A model generated the notes under the pieces. The model did not search any database and had not been told where the DNA came from. It worked only from the letters and a program-made list of their open reading frames with translations. Shown here one piece after another: positions 28,005-32,000 of a stretch of DNA of 32,000 nucleotides. The position numbers were made by a program, and so were the translations under genes. The DNA comes from Candidatus Saccharimonadota bacterium (lineage in GTDB: Bacteria > Patescibacteriota > Gracilibacteria > BD1-5 > UBA2023), in assembly GCA_046350815.1 (NCBI GenBank), contig JAXLZO010000001.1:390001-422000 (forward strand), read 5' to 3'. Each line of letters starts with the position of its first letter. Positions within the stretch are counted from its first letter, which is position 1.

Positions 28005-30578
28005 TTATTCAACATATACTCAGCTGTCTTTATAGGTTACTGTGATATGCTGTCCTGTATGAATTCTATCTGCAACTATTTCTGTTGCGATGCGATTCAT
28101 AATTTCTCGAGTGATTGCTCTCTTGAGAGGGCGTGCTCCGAATTCGGGATCGTATCAGATCGTGACAAGATATCTGATCAGGCTTTCGGACCAGGTAACC
28201 TCTATATTTTTATCTCATAACATCTTCTCAATATCTCGGAGAAAGATATGAACGATTGACTCGAGCATACTCTCGGAAAGAGTATTGTAGAGGACAATAT
28301 CATCAATTCGGTTCAAGAACTCAGGACGAAAGTGCTTCTGCAGAGTTAATCGTATATATTTTTCTCTTTCTTTCTCATCGTGAGAGATATCATTTGGTAG
28401 CTCTCGTATCGCATTCGATGTCATGATAATGATAGAGTTTTTGAATGATACTACTCTTCATTTGCCATCTGTGAGACGACCATCATCGAGAATTTGTAAA
28501 AATACATTAAAAATATCTGGATGTGCTTTTTCAATCTCATCAAGGAGTATTACAGAATACGGCTTGCGACGAACTGCCTCTGTGAGCTGCCCACCTTCAT
28601 CATGGCCAATATATCCAGGAGGAGCTCAGATGAGTCGAGCAACCGCATGAGATTCCATATATTCGCTCATATCGATACGAATCATCGCATGTGGATCATT
28701 GAAGAGCTCTTCTGCTAGTGCTTTTGCTGTCTCTGTCTTTCCGATGCCAGTTGGTCCAAGGAAGAGAAATGATCCAATAGGTTTATCTGGATCCGAGAGT
28801 CATGCCTTGCTTCGAAGAATTGCCTGCGATACTTTCTCGAGAGCATCATCTTGTCCGATAACATGTTCTTTCAGGCGTTCAAAAAGGTGAAGGTATTTTT
28901 CACGTTCCGTCTCGACGAGCCTTCCAACTGGTATACCCGTCCATTTTGCAATAACACTGGCAATATCTTCAATATCAACTCGTTCTCGCAAGAACGATTC
29001 ACCTTTTTTTTGTAAATCATTGAGTTCTTGGAGGATGATCTCATTTTCCTTTTCAAGTGCTGGTATTTCACCGTAGCGAATTCGAGCAACATTATTAAAA
29101 TCCGATTGTCTCTCAAGACGTAGAGCTTCAATCTTGAGAGTGTCGACTGATTCTTTGTTGGACTTGAGCTTGGTAATGAGGTCTTTTTCCTTTTGCCATT
29201 TTGCGATCTTTGCGCTGTATATTTCACGTAATTCTGCGATCTTGCGATCGTTTTTTTCTTTGCTCTCTTCCGATACTCATCATTTTTCTCTCTTGAGAGC
29301 TTCGCGTTCGATCTCGAGAGTTCGAATTTCTTTTTCCATTTTATCGAGTTCTACAGGCTTTGATACTGATGACATTTTGACGCTGGATGCGGCCTCATCG
29401 ATAAGATCGATCGCTTTGTCTGGGAGTTTGCGATCGGGTATATATTTTGTTGCGAGCTCTACAGCTCCTACGATAGCACTATCAGATATCTCAATACCGT
29501 GAAATACTTCGTATTTTTCTTTGAGCCCACGAAGGATAGCTATCGCATCATCATGAGTTGGTTCATCGACGATAACTGGCTGAAAACGACGTTCGAGTGC
29601 CCCATCCTTCTCAATATATTTTCGATATTCCGCAAGAGTCGTTGCTCCAATAATCTTGACCTCACCGCGCGCGAGTGCTGGTTTGAGCAGATTAGATGCA
29701 TCGGCACCACCTTCTTGATTGCCAGCTCCGACAATGGTATGAAGCTCATCAATGAAGAGGATGATATCTCCTTCTGATTTGGTTACTTCTTTGATAACAG
29801 TTTTGAGACGATCTTCGAATTCGCCACGATACTTTGCTCCCGCAATGAGCGCACCGAGATCGAGTGTGAGGAGTGTTTTATTCCTGAGAGTATCAGGCAC
29901 ATCACCTTCTACGATCTTTCGAGCAATACCCTCAACAATAGCAGTCTTACCGACGCCAGGATCTCCTACGAGAACAGGATTATTCTTGGATCGACGTGCT
30001 AGTATTTGCATAGTCCTGCGGATTTCTTCTTCTCTGCCAATCACTGGATCAATCTTTCCTTTGCGTGCTTCTTCGACAAGATTGATGGTGTATTTTTCGA
30101 GCGCCTGATATTTTGATTCGCTCTCTGGACTATCAGCTTTTTGACCCTGGCGAAGCTCTTGGATCATTTTTTCTACTTTTTTCTCTTCGATCTGATACTT
30201 CATAAATATCTCCTTGAGAGATCGGGCTCGTCGTAGAGTGGCGAGAAAGAGATGCTCTTCGGTGATGTAGTTATCACCCATTGATTTCATGATTTTTTCA
30301 GCTTCTGCGATGACTTCTATGAGCTCTGATGACAGGGTTGTTTGAGGATCTCATTCGGATTGTGGCAGCTTTGTGAGTTGTGTTGTAACCTGCTGTATAA
30401 GATTCGCTATATCTATACCAATTTTTTGGAGTATATGCTGTATAAGTGAGTCAGAGTCATCAAGAATAGCTCTGAGAAGATGAATGGGTTCAACGGTGGT
30501 ATTTCTCTCACCGATCGCGAGCATCTGTGCTGATTCGAGGCGACTTCGTGCTTGCGATGTAAATTTTTCGATATTCAT
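28005..30578 (-). CDS. clpB: ATP-dependent chaperone/disaggregase ClpB (857 aa)
   Basis: It has the Clp N domain, NBD1 ([27 protein letters not shown]), an M-domain coiled coil and NBD2 ([16 protein letters not shown]-[TGA 28626-28628]-APPGYIG, TDGK-[TGA]-RVV, -[TGA][14 protein letters not shown]). There are at least 9 in-frame TGA including a tandem pair at 29277-29282. Length is 2574 nt, in frame. Stop is TAA 28005-28007. Confidence 0.95.
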
Positions 30579-30594
30579 ATGTGTGAAATTAATA

Positions 30595-30633
30595 TTAGCA
30601 CTTGAATTATATATGTGCTAATATTTGAGTCAA
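30595..30633 (-). promoter_or_regulatory. clpB promoter (-35 TTGACT, 16 nt, -10 TATAAT) embedded in a CIRCE-like inverted repeat
   Basis: TTAGCACTT-N9-ATGTGCTAA at 30595-30621, against the consensus TTAGCACTC-N9-GAGTGCTAA. On the minus strand TTGACT is 30633-30628 and TATAAT is 30611-30606, which lies inside the CIRCE spacer. It sits 17 nt upstream of the clpB ATG. Confidence 0.7.
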
Positions 30634-30680
30634 GAGATTTTTCATCACGTGTAATTTATATTAAATCAAAATATATATTA

Positions 30681-30713
30681 TTGACAATATTATATAATAA
30701 TTATTATATAATA
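30681..30713 (+). promoter_or_regulatory. Candidate sigma70-type promoter with an overlapping 26-bp A/T palindrome
   Basis: TTGACA at 30681-30686, then 17-18 nt, then TTATAT/TATATA. The stretch 30688-30713 is a perfect 13+13 palindrome (TATTATATAATAA|TTATTATATAATA). Confidence 0.35.
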
Positions 30714-30733
30714 ATATATTTTTCTCGATATTT

Positions 30734-32000
30734 ATGAATCAAATAAAACCATTGGATACACCGCCAGATGATATAGGTATTCCTCCTGATTCGCTTGAGT
30801 CACGTGCGAATCAAATGTATGAATATATCTTGAATATTTATAGCAATCTTGATCTGACTAATTTTTATCAGCATATTGATGATCTTTCTCAAAGAATTTT
30901 CCTGTCTGATGAAGAGAAAAAGGTGGCATTGCCGTATATTCTCAATAAAATAACTCAAAAAGTTATTACGGAATATAGTCAAAAAAATATTGTTTTAGCA
31001 TCCTGAAATATTATAGCACATCCAAAGCAATTTTTAATTATTGCGTTAAGTCAGATGTTGATTGAGGCTATTTTTGATCAAGAATCAGCTACTTTTGATC
31101 TCCTTGCTTTAGATAAGGCCTCTTTGTCTTGAGTACAATTAAGCTATTTAAGTATTGTAAAGCATCTCGCTCTTCTTAGTTGAAATAATAGTAGTGAAGA
31201 ACTTTTTATAAATCAAACTGAAGTATGATCAGAATTTTTTTGATTAACTTTAGAACTCTATCCTCTTTGATCACCTCAGCGAAGCCCTGGTTATTGGATT
31301 GATATGTTCCAAAAGTTACAAGGAAATCGGCGAGAATTCCTTAAATCCGTGCCATTTATATGGTGAGAAAAAGAATTTCGATCCTGTGTTCAACGATGAT
31401 TTAACCAATCACATGTACGTATCAATGGAAAGCAGTATAAAGTAAATGAAAAAGCAAAGAGTGTCTGGGAAAAGTCATTGAAACAACAGAAAAAAATCGA
31501 AAATCAGGGATGGGAAAGACGGGTAGTTATAAATGATAACACACTAACGATACAAGCAGATAATAATCCTCAATGGTGCATCTATATGACCATGGATGAT
31601 GAGGGTCCATCTATAGAATATATTCCAACTTCAGATCATAATAAATTTCTTGCCTTTTCCTATAAACACAAATCAGAGTGATTAGTAAGTAGCGAAATAA
31701 GTCTGAACCGGACTATAACACAAAAACTAGATAAAGAAGAGTTGGATAAGAACATTAAGACTATTTTTTTGCATACTTTCATATCATATGATCGATTCTT
31801 TGATGAACAAATTTTTGCAACTTCATTGGATAATCTGAGAAAATTCGATATGTGAGAATCTACTCAAACAAGGCTCGCAAACTCGGTCGTTGAGAGTGCC
31901 TCACACAATGCAACAACACTCATAAATAAAGTCTTTATTGATCCGAAACAACATCATACAGACATTGCACACTCACTTTGACTCGATATCGTTGATCACG
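30734..32000 (+). CDS. Large hypothetical protein, N-terminal 422 aa (3' end outside the window)
   Basis: I checked the frame codon by codon from the first TGA to the window end (the start is covered by the standard-code track ORF). There are 11 in-frame TGA and no TAA or TAG. I recognise no domain. Confidence 0.6.

Noticed and set aside
1-32000. Interpretation as a heavily pseudogenised or badly assembled region, since nearly every gene is broken in the standard-code track
   Set aside because: Breaks are exclusively TGA, never TAA or TAG (apart from the one TAA in the IS transposase). The frame is never shifted. Essential single-copy genes (ribosomal proteins, uvrB, clpB) are all affected, and the TGAs map to conserved Gly positions. 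Decay would give frameshifts and all three stop codons.
1-32000. UGA=Trp (table 4, Mollicutes-like), suggested by the low GC content
   Set aside because: The aligned residues at TGA are Gly motifs (HPHGGGEG, IRNG, MSRIGK, RPTGL, GGGKGG, APPGY), not Trp. The window also encodes tRNA-Trp with anticodon CCA rather than UCA.

Overview
This 32-kb, low-GC bacterial window only makes sense if UGA is read as glycine (NCBI table 25-like). The obvious source is a Gracilibacteria/Absconditabacteria-type CPR lineage, but that is inferred, not proven. The supplied standard-code ORF track breaks almost every gene at TGA. Reading through TGA in frame gives about 40 intact CDS that all end in TAA or TAG, with roughly 120 in-frame TGA codons (hand count, not machine verified), many on invariant Gly positions. 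Contents in order: (1) a 16-gene S10/spc ribosomal-protein run, rplB to rplO, with no rpmD and an abrupt terminator after rplO instead of secY. (2) A small ORF, an M29-like aminopeptidase, a Nudix-like protein and a signal-peptide, C-terminally anchored surface protein. (3) uvrB, tRNA-Trp(CCA), a small membrane protein, and folD with an extra C-terminal TM segment. (4) A solitary rplK followed by tRNA-Glu(CUC). (5) A CHASE2-TM class III adenylate cyclase divergent from a membrane-anchored FecR-domain protein. (6) A putrescine-aminotransferase-like gene followed by glutamate dehydrogenase. (7) tRNA-Lys(CUU) followed by an accessory stretch: a recombinase C-terminal remnant, a CYTH protein, an Ldh_2 oxidoreductase, a HAD-like hydrolase and a 1.13-kb IS481-like element with terminal inverted repeats and a 16-bp flanking direct repeat. 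(8) A minus-strand clpB, Rnk/GreA-like, ogt string whose promoter is embedded in a CIRCE-like operator. (9) A large orphan ORF running off the right edge. No rRNA or CRISPR array is present. All calls rest on manual translation and remembered family motifs; no database search was possible.
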